Source: a virus (Duplodnaviria; Heunggongvirae; Uroviricota; Caudoviricetes). Taken from it: a stretch of DNA of 12,244 bases. Every line of letters begins with the position of its first letter. Position 1 is the stretch's first letter. The stretch is taken from IMG/VR virus record IMGVR_UViG_2681813321_000010, one strand, 5' to 3'. A program made the position numbers and the translations under genes. The notes beneath the pieces were generated by a model. It did no database searches and had not been told where the DNA came from. It worked only from the letters and a program-made list of their open reading frames with translations. Shown piece by piece: positions 1 through 6,104 of the stretch.

Positions 1-140
1 TGCCTGGTGCCTCCAGGTGACGTTAACCAGTTAACAATTAACGCCGGATACAGAGAATCCACCCATAACACTGTTTTTGGTTTTAACTGTTCCGCGTGCG
101 CTCAGCCGCATTCACCGCATCACAAAATTCACTTTAAAAA

Positions 141-193
141 CGGCGGCAGAGCAGTCACGGAGTAAAACTGATACCGCCAAACGTCACCAGAAA
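141..193 (-). ncRNA. dicF: DicF sRNA (ftsZ-targeting antisense sRNA), copy 1
   Basis: The reverse complement of 141-193 reads tttctggtgacgtttggcggtatcagttttactccgtgactgctctgccgccg. I recognise this as the 53-nt DicF of E. coli Qin. A T-run on the minus strand (136-140) follows it. Its position downstream of ydfC matches K-12 synteny. Confidence 0.85.
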
Positions 194-533
194 ATTGATA
201 ACAGAGGGCGTTGCAGCGGGGTTGTCGCTTAAGCGTATGGTCAACCTGACAACCCGGTGTCCTCAACGGGGAAGGAATAACCCCGCCATACTTACCGCCG
301 CGCCATTTCGCGGAGTGCCACAACCGGAAGCGCACGGTCGACGAAAATTTAACGACAGGCTATCTATGAACCAGCTACCTCGCCGTGCGCTTTCGCGTTA
401 TGGTCTGACTTTTCATGGAAATATCCTTTCAGTAAACTGTCAGTGCCGGATGCTCACCCATGTCCGGCGCACGCACTCCACCTCACCCGTGGAGAACTCC
501 TTAATTACCAACCTTAGCTTCGTTGGTTAGCTA
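194..533 (-). other. Untranslated ydfC-dicF spacer of the polycistronic precursor transcript (DicF is processed out of it)
   Basis: It lies between the ydfC stop and the DicF 5' end on the transcribed strand. The only ORFs are R/W/C-rich and overlap dicF. In K-12, DicF is released from the ydfABC-dicF-dicB transcript by RNase E/III processing (recalled knowledge). Confidence 0.5.
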
Positions 534-752
534 TTAACGCGGGTATGTAATCATTCTGGCAATGCTTAATGCCGCTGCTTTTTCCAGCCTGGTGATATCC
601 TGCTCCAGAGCGGACAGATTTTCAGCCTGCTTAGCCCTGGCTTCATTGGCCCATTTCAGATCCTGCGCTGCATTAATTTTCTGGCGCATCCACTCATAAA
701 GTTCATCATCGGTATAGTCTGGCGAGATGATGACGGGTTCTCGTTTCTGCAT
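534..752 (-). CDS. ydfC: YdfC-like small prophage protein (72 aa)
   Basis: ORF-track translation MQKREPVIISPDYTDDELYEWMRQKINAAQDLKWANEARAKQ..., recognised as Qin YdfC. A GAGGA SD precedes the ATG on the minus strand. Synteny is ydfA-ydfB-ydfC-dicF. Confidence 0.85.
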   Translation of the reverse strand: MQKREPVIISPDYTDDELYEWMRQKINAAQDLKWANEARAKQAENLSALEQDITRLEKAAALSIARMITYPR

Positions 753-781
753 ACTGATTCCTCGCGGTGCTGCTTCGCTTA

Positions 782-910
782 TCAGCCGTTAGATTTTGCC
801 GAGCTGGAAAGCGCCTGTTTAAACTCACTGAAGCTGAGAGCTTCTTCGCCTTCGGCAAGGCCTTCGAAGTATTCTTCGTAAGCCTTTTCCATGATTGTGT
901 CGAAATCCAT
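782..910 (-). CDS. ydfB: YdfB-like small protein (42 aa); below the ORF-track length cut-off
   Basis: Hand translation of the minus strand from ATG 910-908 gives MDFDTIMEKAYEEYFEGLAEGEEALSFSEFKQALSSSAKSNG, with stop TGA at 784-782. The start lies 1 nt after the ydfA stop. It matches my recollection of Qin YdfB. Confidence 0.8.
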   Translation of the reverse strand: MDFDTIMEKAYEEYFEGLAEGEEALSFSEFKQALSSSAKSNG

Positions 911-911
911 A

Positions 912-1067
912 TCACTCACCTGAGTTTCTTTCCAGCCAGCGACGGGCACCATTTTCGGTTTTAAACGTTTTGCTTCTGGTATACGTCATCGCGGTAAACG
1001 TGCCGTCCTGGTTGGGAAACACGCCGTACACCAGAGATTCGTTGTTGCCAAGATCGATAGTATCCAT
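912..1067 (-). CDS. ydfA: YdfA-like protein (DUF1391 type, 51 aa from the internal Met)
   Basis: MDTIDLGNNESLVYGVFPNQDGTFTAMTYTRSKTFKTENGARRWLERNSGE. A GAGGT SD sits 4 nt upstream of ATG 1067-1065. The ORF-track start at 1121 has no SD, and K-12 YdfA is 51 aa. Confidence 0.8.
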   Translation of the reverse strand: MDTIDLGNNESLVYGVFPNQDGTFTAMTYTRSKTFKTENGARRWLERNSGE

Positions 1068-1144
1068 GCTGACCTCATTTCCCCTTAACGCTGGGGTAGC
1101 GGAACTGTTTGCTGAGAACACCGTGCGGTGTGTTGATGCAAATA

Positions 1145-1199
1145 AGATTAGCCATGGCTAACATATAGGTCAAGTGATTTTGTATGTTATGGCTAACAT
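1145..1199 (-). promoter_or_regulatory. Promoter and operators of the ydfABC-dicF operon, module 1
   Basis: On the minus strand: -35 TTGACC (1173-1168), a 17-nt spacer, then -10 TAATCT (1150-1145). The palindrome TTAGCCATGGCTAA (1148-1161) lies in the spacer/-10. A second imperfect site, TGTATGTTATGGCTAACA (1181-1198), lies upstream of the -35. Confidence 0.55.
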
Positions 1200-1211
1200 G
1201 ATTGATGTGGT

Positions 1212-1242
1212 AAAAGATAACTCATTGATGATGTTATCTTTT
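1212..1242 (-). terminator. Hairpin overlapping the dicA stop codon; possible (bidirectional) intrinsic terminator
   Basis: Perfect 10-bp inverted repeat aaaagataac (1212-1221) / gttatctttt (1233-1242) with an 11-nt loop. T/U-rich ends are present on both strands. Confidence 0.4.
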
Positions 1243-1641
1243 ATTTGTCCGCTGACGGGCTTTTAGTAATTCTTCAAAGAGTTTATTGAAGTTTTTTACT
1301 CGAGCTCGCATTTCGGCGAGCTGGGTATCCTGTTCTGATTCTGGCAGTGCATTAAACAGCTCAAGGAGCTCTAGTTCTTTGGGGGATAAGGCAACTGGCT
1401 TCTCAACAGGTGGTGTTGGTTGCTTGTCTTCATCGCCAAATAGAATCCATGTTGGTGAGCATTGCAATACTTTGCTGAGGGCAAAAAGGTTCTTCCCTGT
1501 AGGTTCACTATCATCCCGTTCCCATTGTGATACAGACACATGGGAGATTTTCAGGGCTTTAGCAAGAGACCTTTGGGTGTGTTTGAGGTTTTTCCGACGA
1601 TACCTAATGCGTTCGCCGATAGTTAAATTTTTTGTTTCCAT
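1234..1641 (-). CDS. dicA: DicA, XRE-family HTH prophage repressor (135 aa)
   Basis: Translation METKNLTIGERIRYRRKNLKHTQRSLAKALKISHVSVSQWER..., recognised as K-12 Qin DicA. It is divergent from dicC across an operator-rich spacer. There is no S24 peptidase domain. No SD precedes the ATG. Confidence 0.9.
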   Translation of the reverse strand: METKNLTIGERIRYRRKNLKHTQRSLAKALKISHVSVSQWERDDSEPTGKNLFALSKVLQCSPTWILFGDEDKQPTPPVEKPVALSPKELELLELFNALPESEQDTQLAEMRARVKNFNKLFEELLKARQRTNKR

Positions 1642-1643
1642 AG

Positions 1644-1709
1644 TTAGCTAATGCTAAATCGTATTGACTATGTTTTTGTTAACATCTATTTTGTTAGTTA
1701 TGACTAACA
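1644..1709. promoter_or_regulatory. dicA/dicC divergent control region, module 1
   Basis: Palindrome TTAGCTAATGCTAA (1644-1657) lies 2 nt from the dicA ATG. The rightward promoter is TTGACT (1664-1669), a 17-nt spacer, then TATTTT (1687-1692). A perfect 18-bp palindrome TGTTAGTTATGACTAACA (1692-1709) lies at or after the -10. Confidence 0.6.
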
Positions 1710-1724
1710 ATAAAGGTGTTTTAA

Positions 1725-1955
1725 ATGCTTAAAACTGACGCTCTTTTGTATTTCGGTTCAAAAACAAAACTTGCACAAGCAGCAGGTATTCGTTTGGCTT
1801 CGCTTTATAGCTGGAAAGGGGATTTAGTTCCCGAAGGTCGCGCGATGCGTCTACAGGAGGCATCTGGCGGGGAGCTTCAGTATGATCCCAAAGTTTATGA
1901 TGAATATCGTAAGACGAAGCGGGCGGGGCGGTTGAACAATGAAAATCACTCCTGA
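1725..1955 (+). CDS. dicC: DicC, Cro-like / YdaS-family HTH regulator (76 aa)
   Basis: Translation MLKTDALLYFGSKTKLAQAAGIRLASLYSWKGDLVPEGRAMRLQEASGGELQYDP..., recognised as K-12 DicC. It occupies the Cro position opposite the repressor. Confidence 0.9.
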   Translation: MLKTDALLYFGSKTKLAQAAGIRLASLYSWKGDLVPEGRAMRLQEASGGELQYDPKVYDEYRKTKRAGRLNNENHS

Positions 1956-2460
1956 ACAGGCTCGTGAGGCTCTGGATGCCTGGATATGTCGACCAGGAAT
2001 GACACAGGAGCAGGCGACGATATTAATCACTGAAGCATTCTGGGCTTTGAAAGAGCGCCCGAACATCGATGTTCAGCGTGTCACAGATGAAGGTGGCGCG
2101 GTTGATCAGCGAGCGCTTGGCGTTAATCGAGTGAAGATATTCGAACGCTGGAAGGCTATCGACACCAGGGATAAGCGTGAAAAGTTCACGGCGCTAGTGC
2201 CTGCGATTATGGAGGCTATCCGGATTAGTGATTTCAGGTTGTATCGTGAGATCAGTGATGGAAAAAGTATTACGTACATGATCGCCGGGTTAAATAAAGA
2301 ATATGGCGATGTGGTGGAATCCGGACTGCTTTTTGCAGATCCTGCCGTTGTAGATCGTGAAACTGACGAACTTATAGAAAAAGCAATTGCTTTCAAGCTT
2401 GCGTATCGACAGCAATACCAACAAAAAGCTGGATGGAATTATGAGTCTTCTTTTTGCTGA
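1939..2460 (+). CDS. YdaT-family (CII-like) early regulator, 173 aa
   Basis: The ORF overlaps the dicC stop by 17 nt. The segment KIFERWKAIDTRDKREKFTALVPAIMEAI resembles the Rac YdaT region as I recall it. Its position after the Cro-like gene equals the CII/YdaT slot of CP-933P/Rac-type prophages. Confidence 0.6.
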   Translation: MKITPEQAREALDAWICRPGMTQEQATILITEAFWALKERPNIDVQRVTDEGGAVDQRALGVNRVKIFERWKAIDTRDKREKFTALVPAIMEAIRISDFRLYREISDGKSITYMIAGLNKEYGDVVESGLLFADPAVVDRETDELIEKAIAFKLAYRQQYQQKAGWNYESSFC

Positions 2461-3406
2461 ACGCCCACTGGTTATAAACACGCAGCTGGCAATGAAAATT
2501 GGCTTAAACGAAGCCATTGTTTTGCAACAACTGCACTACTGGTTGAGAGATACCAACTCCGGCATGGAATGTGATGGTGTTCGCTGGATTTATAACACAA
2601 CGGAACAATGGCTGGAACAGTTCCCATTCTGGTCAGAGTCAACGTTAAAGCGCGCGTTTGCAAGTCTGAAAACGCTGGGGCTTTTGCGTTGTGAAAAGCT
2701 CAATAAATCAAAGCGCGATATGACCAATTTCTACACGATCAACTACGGGAGCGAGCTTTTAGATGGTGGCAAATTGAGCGAATCCATCGGTTTAAAATGC
2801 GCCGCTCCATCAGGTCAAAATGACACGATGGAAGAGGTCAAAATGAAACGCTCCATTGGTTCAAAACGACTCAATGTCATCGGGTCAAAATGGCCTGATG
2901 ATCTTACAGAGAATACAACAGAGATTACTACAGAGAATAAAAAGACTTCTCGTCCGGAAGCTTCGCAACCGGACCCGCAGACGGTTGAACAGGATTTTTT
3001 AACCCGACACCCTGACGCGGTTGTGTTCAGTGCGAAAAAACGCCAGTGGGGCAGCCAGGAAGATTTGGCGTGTGCGCAGTGGATCTGGGGGCGAATCGTG
3101 AGTCTTTACGAGCAGGCCGCCAGCGATGATGGCGAGATTTCGCGACCGAAAGAACCCAACTGGACCGCATGGGCCAACGACGTGCGCACAATGCGGATGC
3201 TGGATGGCAGAACTCACAGACAAATTTGTGAAATGTTTGGTCGGGTGCAGCGGGATCCATTCTGGGTAAAAAATATCATGAGTCCGTCAAAGCTTCGCGA
3301 AAAATGGGATGAACTGGTTATCCGCCTGGGGCGTTCGTCTGTACAGCGTTGTGTGAATCATATTTCTGAGCCGGATACCGAAATTCCGCCGGGCTTCAGG
3401 GGGTAA
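2441..3406 (+). CDS. Replication initiator, lambda O-like (321 aa from ATG 2441; the ORF is open from 2387)
   Basis: The N-terminal region looks like a winged helix (MSLLFAERPLVINTQLAMKIGLNEAIVLQQLHYWL...). An iteron array plus AT-rich tract lies inside the linker-coding part, as in lambda O/ori. The ATG at 2441 overlaps the upstream stop by 20 nt. Confidence 0.7.
   Translation: MSLLFAERPLVINTQLAMKIGLNEAIVLQQLHYWLRDTNSGMECDGVRWIYNTTEQWLEQFPFWSESTLKRAFASLKTLGLLRCEKLNKSKRDMTNFYTINYGSELLDGGKLSESIGLKCAAPSGQNDTMEEVKMKRSIGSKRLNVIGSKWPDDLTENTTEITTENKKTSRPEASQPDPQTVEQDFLTRHPDAVVFSAKKRQWGSQEDLACAQWIWGRIVSLYEQAASDDGEISRPKEPNWTAWANDVRTMRMLDGRTHRQICEMFGRVQRDPFWVKNIMSPSKLREKWDELVIRLGRSSVQRCVNHISEPDTEIPPGFRG
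2783..2945. repeat. Putative ori, module 1: five iterons plus an AT-rich tract inside the O-like gene
   Basis: The core GGT(C/T)(A/T)AAA(A/C)(T/G)G... (ggtttaaaatg, ggtcaaaatg x3, ggttcaaaacg) begins at 2789, 2813, 2836, 2858 and 2883, with 22-25 bp spacing. Several cores are preceded by tccatc/tccatt. The tract atcttacagagaatacaacagagattactacagagaataaaaa follows (2901-2943). Confidence 0.6.
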
Positions 3407-3446
3407 GTGTTAATTTCTGGTCATGAGGTAATTTTCAGGAGGGCTT

Positions 3447-3869
3447 GTGGCAAAAGTTTTTACACAAGAAGAGCGGGAAAAAATTAAAGGGCAGGTTGTT
3501 GAACTCGTACGCCGGAGTGGGCGTGAGACGTTACGGCAACTGGAAGTCAAGACAGGTGCGACAAGATATCTGATGAGCGTTCTCGCAAGAGAGCTGGTTG
3601 CCAGCGGCGATGTATACAACTCTGGTTACGGGTTATTCCCGTCTGAACAGGCGCGTAAGGACTGGCAAAATGCCCGTAAAAAGCTCTCAAGGGCAAAGCT
3701 GAAGGAACCATCTGCGGTTGATCCGGACCTTATCTGGTCATTACCTGACGGAGAAATACGTCGCTACGACAGGCGTCAGAACATAATCTGTCGCGAGTGC
3801 CGGAAGAGTGAAGTTATGCAGCGCATACTAGCATTCTATCAGGGAAATGCTCGATATTTATTGAAGTGA
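3447..3869 (+). CDS. Conserved early-region protein of unknown function (140 aa, GTG start)
   Basis: A CAGGAGGG SD lies 3 nt upstream of GTG 3447. The paralogue in module 2 is highly similar, with mostly conservative changes. I recognise no family. Confidence 0.6.
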   Translation: MAKVFTQEEREKIKGQVVELVRRSGRETLRQLEVKTGATRYLMSVLARELVASGDVYNSGYGLFPSEQARKDWQNARKKLSRAKLKEPSAVDPDLIWSLPDGEIRRYDRRQNIICRECRKSEVMQRILAFYQGNARYLLK

Positions 3870-4121
3870 TGAGATTAAAGTTTATTAGTTCAGATATTGA
3901 TTGGCTCTTTTGTGGAGTAGGGTAGAGTTAGTGTGTTTGTCTGCTTGGTGCCAGCAGCGGATATGTTTAACAACAGAAAGCATTCAGCATGGTTAGTGGA
4001 TTTGCAAAGTGGATTAGGATTTGAGAAACTTTGATGAAGTTGTAAAGCTTGTTTCTATAAAAATAGAAATTTAACTAATAGTTAAACACACCTCCAGCTT
4101 CATTGAAAAGGATTATTAGCT

Positions 4122-4547
4122 ATGATTGATCCACTTATTAGAAACTTACAGAGTGATATTGCACTACTCCAGCTTTATATCGCGCAACGCAAACAGGCAG
4201 GCTTTCATGACATGGAAAGAATAATTGAGTCATTGACCATCTTTATGTTTCGCGCGCTGAAAATGGGTGAACTGGTAAACATGAATCAGATTAAAGTTAA
4301 TTTTCCCGCCATTGATTTAGCTGATAATAAAAACATGATAGCAGTTCAAGTTACTACGAATGCAAGTCCAGCAAAAATTAAAAAAACTATCGAATCTTTT
4401 GAGAAAATAAATGAAATAGGAGAGAGTCTGAAAGATAAATACTCTACTTTATATATTTTTGGTTTTAACTGTTCCGCGTGCGCTCAGCCGCATTCACCGC
4501 ATCACAAAATTCACTTTAAAAACGGCGGCAGAGCAGTCACGGAGTAA
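4122..4547 (+). pseudogene. SMEK-domain protein N-terminal fragment, truncated at the module junction (4455/4456)
   Basis: AT-rich ORF. The motif ...VNFPAIDLADNKNMIAVQVTTNASPAKIKKTIESF... matches the SMEK-domain signature as I recall it (N..AIDL.D...IA.QVT....KI..T...F). After about codon 112 the frame runs into dicF-flanking repeat DNA and stops at 4547, antisense to dicF. Confidence 0.55.
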
Positions 4548-4575
4548 AACTGATACCGCCAAACGTCACCAGAAA
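4523..4575 (-). ncRNA. dicF: DicF sRNA, copy 2 (sequence identical to copy 1)
   Basis: Same 53-nt sequence and T-run as copy 1. It lies inside the perfect repeat. Confidence 0.85.
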
Positions 4576-4915
4576 ATTGATAACAGAGGGCGTTGCAGCG
4601 GGGTTGTCGCTTAAGCGTATGGTCAACCTGACAACCCGGTGTCCTCAACGGGGAAGGAATAACCCCGCCATACTTACCGCCGCGCCATTTCGCGGAGTGC
4701 CACAACCGGAAGCGCACGGTCGACGAAAATTTAACGACAGGCTATCTATGAACCAGCTACCTCGCCGTGCGCTTTCGCGTTATGGTCTGACTTTTCATGG
4801 AAATATCCTTTCAGTAAACTGTCAGTGCCGGATGCTCACCCATGTCCGGCGCACGCACTCCACCTCACCCGTGGAGAACTCCTTAATTACCAACCTTAGC
4901 TTCGTTGGTTAGCTA

Positions 4916-5134
4916 TTAACGCGGGTATGTAATCATTCTGGCAATGCTTAATGCCGCTGCTTTTTCCAGCCTGGTGATATCCTGCTCCAGAGCGGACAGA
5001 TTTTCAGCCTGCTTAGCCCTGGCTTCATTGGCCCATTTCAGATCCTGCGCTGCATTAATTTTCTGGCGCATCCACTCATAAAGTTCATCATCGGTATAGT
5101 CTGGCGAGATGATGACGGGTTCTCGTTTCTGCAT
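4916..5134 (-). CDS. ydfC: YdfC-like protein, copy 2 (identical 72 aa)
   Basis: The ORF-track translation is identical to 534-752. Confidence 0.85.
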   Translation of the reverse strand: MQKREPVIISPDYTDDELYEWMRQKINAAQDLKWANEARAKQAENLSALEQDITRLEKAAALSIARMITYPR

Positions 5135-5163
5135 ACTGATTCCTCGCGGTGCTGCTTCGCTTA

Positions 5164-5292
5164 TCAGCCGTTAGATTTTGCCGAGCTGGAAAGCGCCTGT
5201 TTAAACTCACTGAAGCTGAGAGCTTCTTCGCCTTCGGCAAGGCCTTCGAAGTATTCTTCGTAAGCCTTTTCCATGATTGTGTCGAAATCCAT
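5164..5292 (-). CDS. ydfB: YdfB-like protein, copy 2 (42 aa)
   Basis: Coordinates are copy 1 +4382. The stop tca was verified at 5164-5166. The DNA is identical. Confidence 0.8.
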   Translation of the reverse strand: MDFDTIMEKAYEEYFEGLAEGEEALSFSEFKQALSSSAKSNG

Positions 5293-5293
5293 A

Positions 5294-5449
5294 TCACTCA
5301 CCTGAGTTTCTTTCCAGCCAGCGACGGGCACCATTTTCGGTTTTAAACGTTTTGCTTCTGGTATACGTCATCGCGGTAAACGTGCCGTCCTGGTTGGGAA
5401 ACACGCCGCATACCAGAGATTCGTTGTTGCCAAGATCGATAGTATTCAT
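5294..5449 (-). CDS. ydfA: YdfA-like protein, copy 2 (51 aa; MNTIDLG..., 2 aa differences from copy 1)
   Basis: Internal Met of ORF 5294-5503. It differs from copy 1 at D2N and Y14C. Confidence 0.8.
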   Translation of the reverse strand: MNTIDLGNNESLVCGVFPNQDGTFTAMTYTRSKTFKTENGARRWLERNSGE

Positions 5450-5526
5450 GCTGACCTCATTTCCCCTTAACGCCGGGGTAGCGGAACTGTTTGCTGAGAA
5501 CACCGTGCGGTGTCTTGGTGGAGATT

Positions 5527-5580
5527 AATTTAGAATAACCTAACAAATGTAGCAAGTATTTTTGTTAGATTGGTCTAACA
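5527..5580 (-). promoter_or_regulatory. Promoter and operators of the ydfABC-dicF operon, module 2
   Basis: On the minus strand: -35 TTGCTA (5555-5550), a 17-nt spacer, then -10 TAAATT (5532-5527). TTAGAATAACCTAACA (5530-5545) lies in the spacer/-10. A perfect 18-bp palindrome TGTTAGATTGGTCTAACA (5563-5580) lies upstream of the -35. The architecture matches module 1 but the bases differ. Confidence 0.55.
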
Positions 5581-5616
5581 AAAAGAGTGAGGGAATCTAA
5601 GTATCTGAAAGGAGTG

Positions 5617-6024
5617 TTATTTTATTGATTTGTTTTTACGTGCTTTAAGCATTTCTTCGAAGAGTTTATTGAAATTCTCTACTCTTGCGCGCATTTCAGA
5701 CAGTAAGGCTTCCTGCTCGGAGGAGGGAAGAGCATCGAATAATTCGATCAATTCTTTGTGGCTGGGAGTTAACTCGGTTTCCACATGAAGTTCTTGTGCT
5801 GGCACTGGTGCCTTGTCTTCGTCACCAAACATTAGCCATGTAGGCGAGCACTTCAGCGCATCAGCTAAAGCAAATAACCGCTTCCCGACCGGTTGGGTTT
5901 CGTCTCTTTCCCATTGTGAAATTGTGACGTGAGCTACCCCAGCGAGGCGTGCAGCTTCTCGTTGTGTTAGGCGTAATTCTTTTCGTCGTGCCAGAACTCG
6001 CTGGCCTAGGGTTCTTGTATCCAT
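5617..6024 (-). CDS. DicA-family XRE HTH repressor, second allele (135 aa)
   Basis: Same length and position as DicA. By eye it is roughly half identical: MDTRTLGQRVLARRKELRLTQREAARLAGVAHVTISQWER... versus DicA. The shared blocks are CSPTW..FGDEDK and MRARV.NFNKLFEE.LKAR. Confidence 0.85.
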   Translation of the reverse strand: MDTRTLGQRVLARRKELRLTQREAARLAGVAHVTISQWERDETQPVGKRLFALADALKCSPTWLMFGDEDKAPVPAQELHVETELTPSHKELIELFDALPSSEQEALLSEMRARVENFNKLFEEMLKARKNKSIK

Positions 6025-6026
6025 AG

Positions 6027-6091
6027 TTAGGTAATTCTAATTTTTCTTGACTTAGGTATCCCGCGCACATTACTGTTAGGAATATCTAACA
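6027..6091. promoter_or_regulatory. Repressor/Cro-like divergent control region, module 2
   Basis: TTAGGTAATTCTAA (6027-6040) lies 2 nt from the repressor ATG. The rightward promoter is TTGACT (6047-6052), an 18-nt spacer, then TACTGT (6071-6076). An 18-bp site TGTTAGGAATATCTAACA (6074-6091) overlaps the -10. Confidence 0.55.
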
Positions 6092-6104
6092 AGAGGGGGC
6101 TTTG

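Larger units (their letters stand above)
74..1130. repeat. Direct repeat copy A (dicF-ydfC-ydfB-ydfA segment), about 1.06 kb, near-identical to 4456-5512
   Basis: Alignment by eye at offset +4382. Homology starts exactly at 74/4456 (tttttggttttaactg...). All ORF-track translations from 129-964 are identical to those from 4511-5346. A few SNPs appear in 1015-1130. Identity is lost after ccgtgcggtg (1130/5512). Confidence 0.95.
4456..5512. repeat. Direct repeat copy B (dicF-ydfC-ydfB-ydfA segment)
   Basis: See copy A. Offset 4382. ORF translations are identical across 4511-5346. Confidence 0.95.

Noticed and set aside
1-135. Searched for dicB downstream of dicF on the minus strand; also 4383-4522 for copy 2
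   Set aside because: Only a 26-codon frame (MRLSARGTVKTKNSVMGGFSVSGVNC) is present and it does not resemble DicB. For copy 1 the gene may lie beyond the window edge. For copy 2 the region is replaced by the SMEK fragment, so no dicB feature is called.
129-530. ORFs of 68 aa (129-335, minus strand) and 111 aa (195-530, plus strand), repeated at 4511-4912
   Set aside because: They overlap dicF and the untranslated ydfC-dicF precursor spacer. They lack ribosome-binding sites and have an R/W/C/P-rich, non-protein-like composition. Their perfect conservation is explained by the DNA repeat itself.
912-1121. Longer 69-aa start for ydfA (and 2387 / 6764 starts for the O-like gene)
   Set aside because: Internal starts have proper SD spacing. 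For ydfA this is GAGGT before ATG 1067, which gives the 51-aa length known for YdfA. The O-like upstream extension would overlap the preceding gene by 74 nt. The alternatives cannot be fully excluded.
706-3619. Various antisense or out-of-frame ORFs (706-915, 767-964, 895-1161, 1286-1651, 1851-2066, 2106-2396, 2290-2517, 2472-2663, 2999-3260, 3410-3619) and their module 2 equivalents (5088-7698)
   Set aside because: Each is fully overlapped by a better-supported gene on the opposite strand or in another frame. The supported genes have recognisable family, SD sequences, synteny, and substitutions between modules that are mostly synonymous in their own frame.
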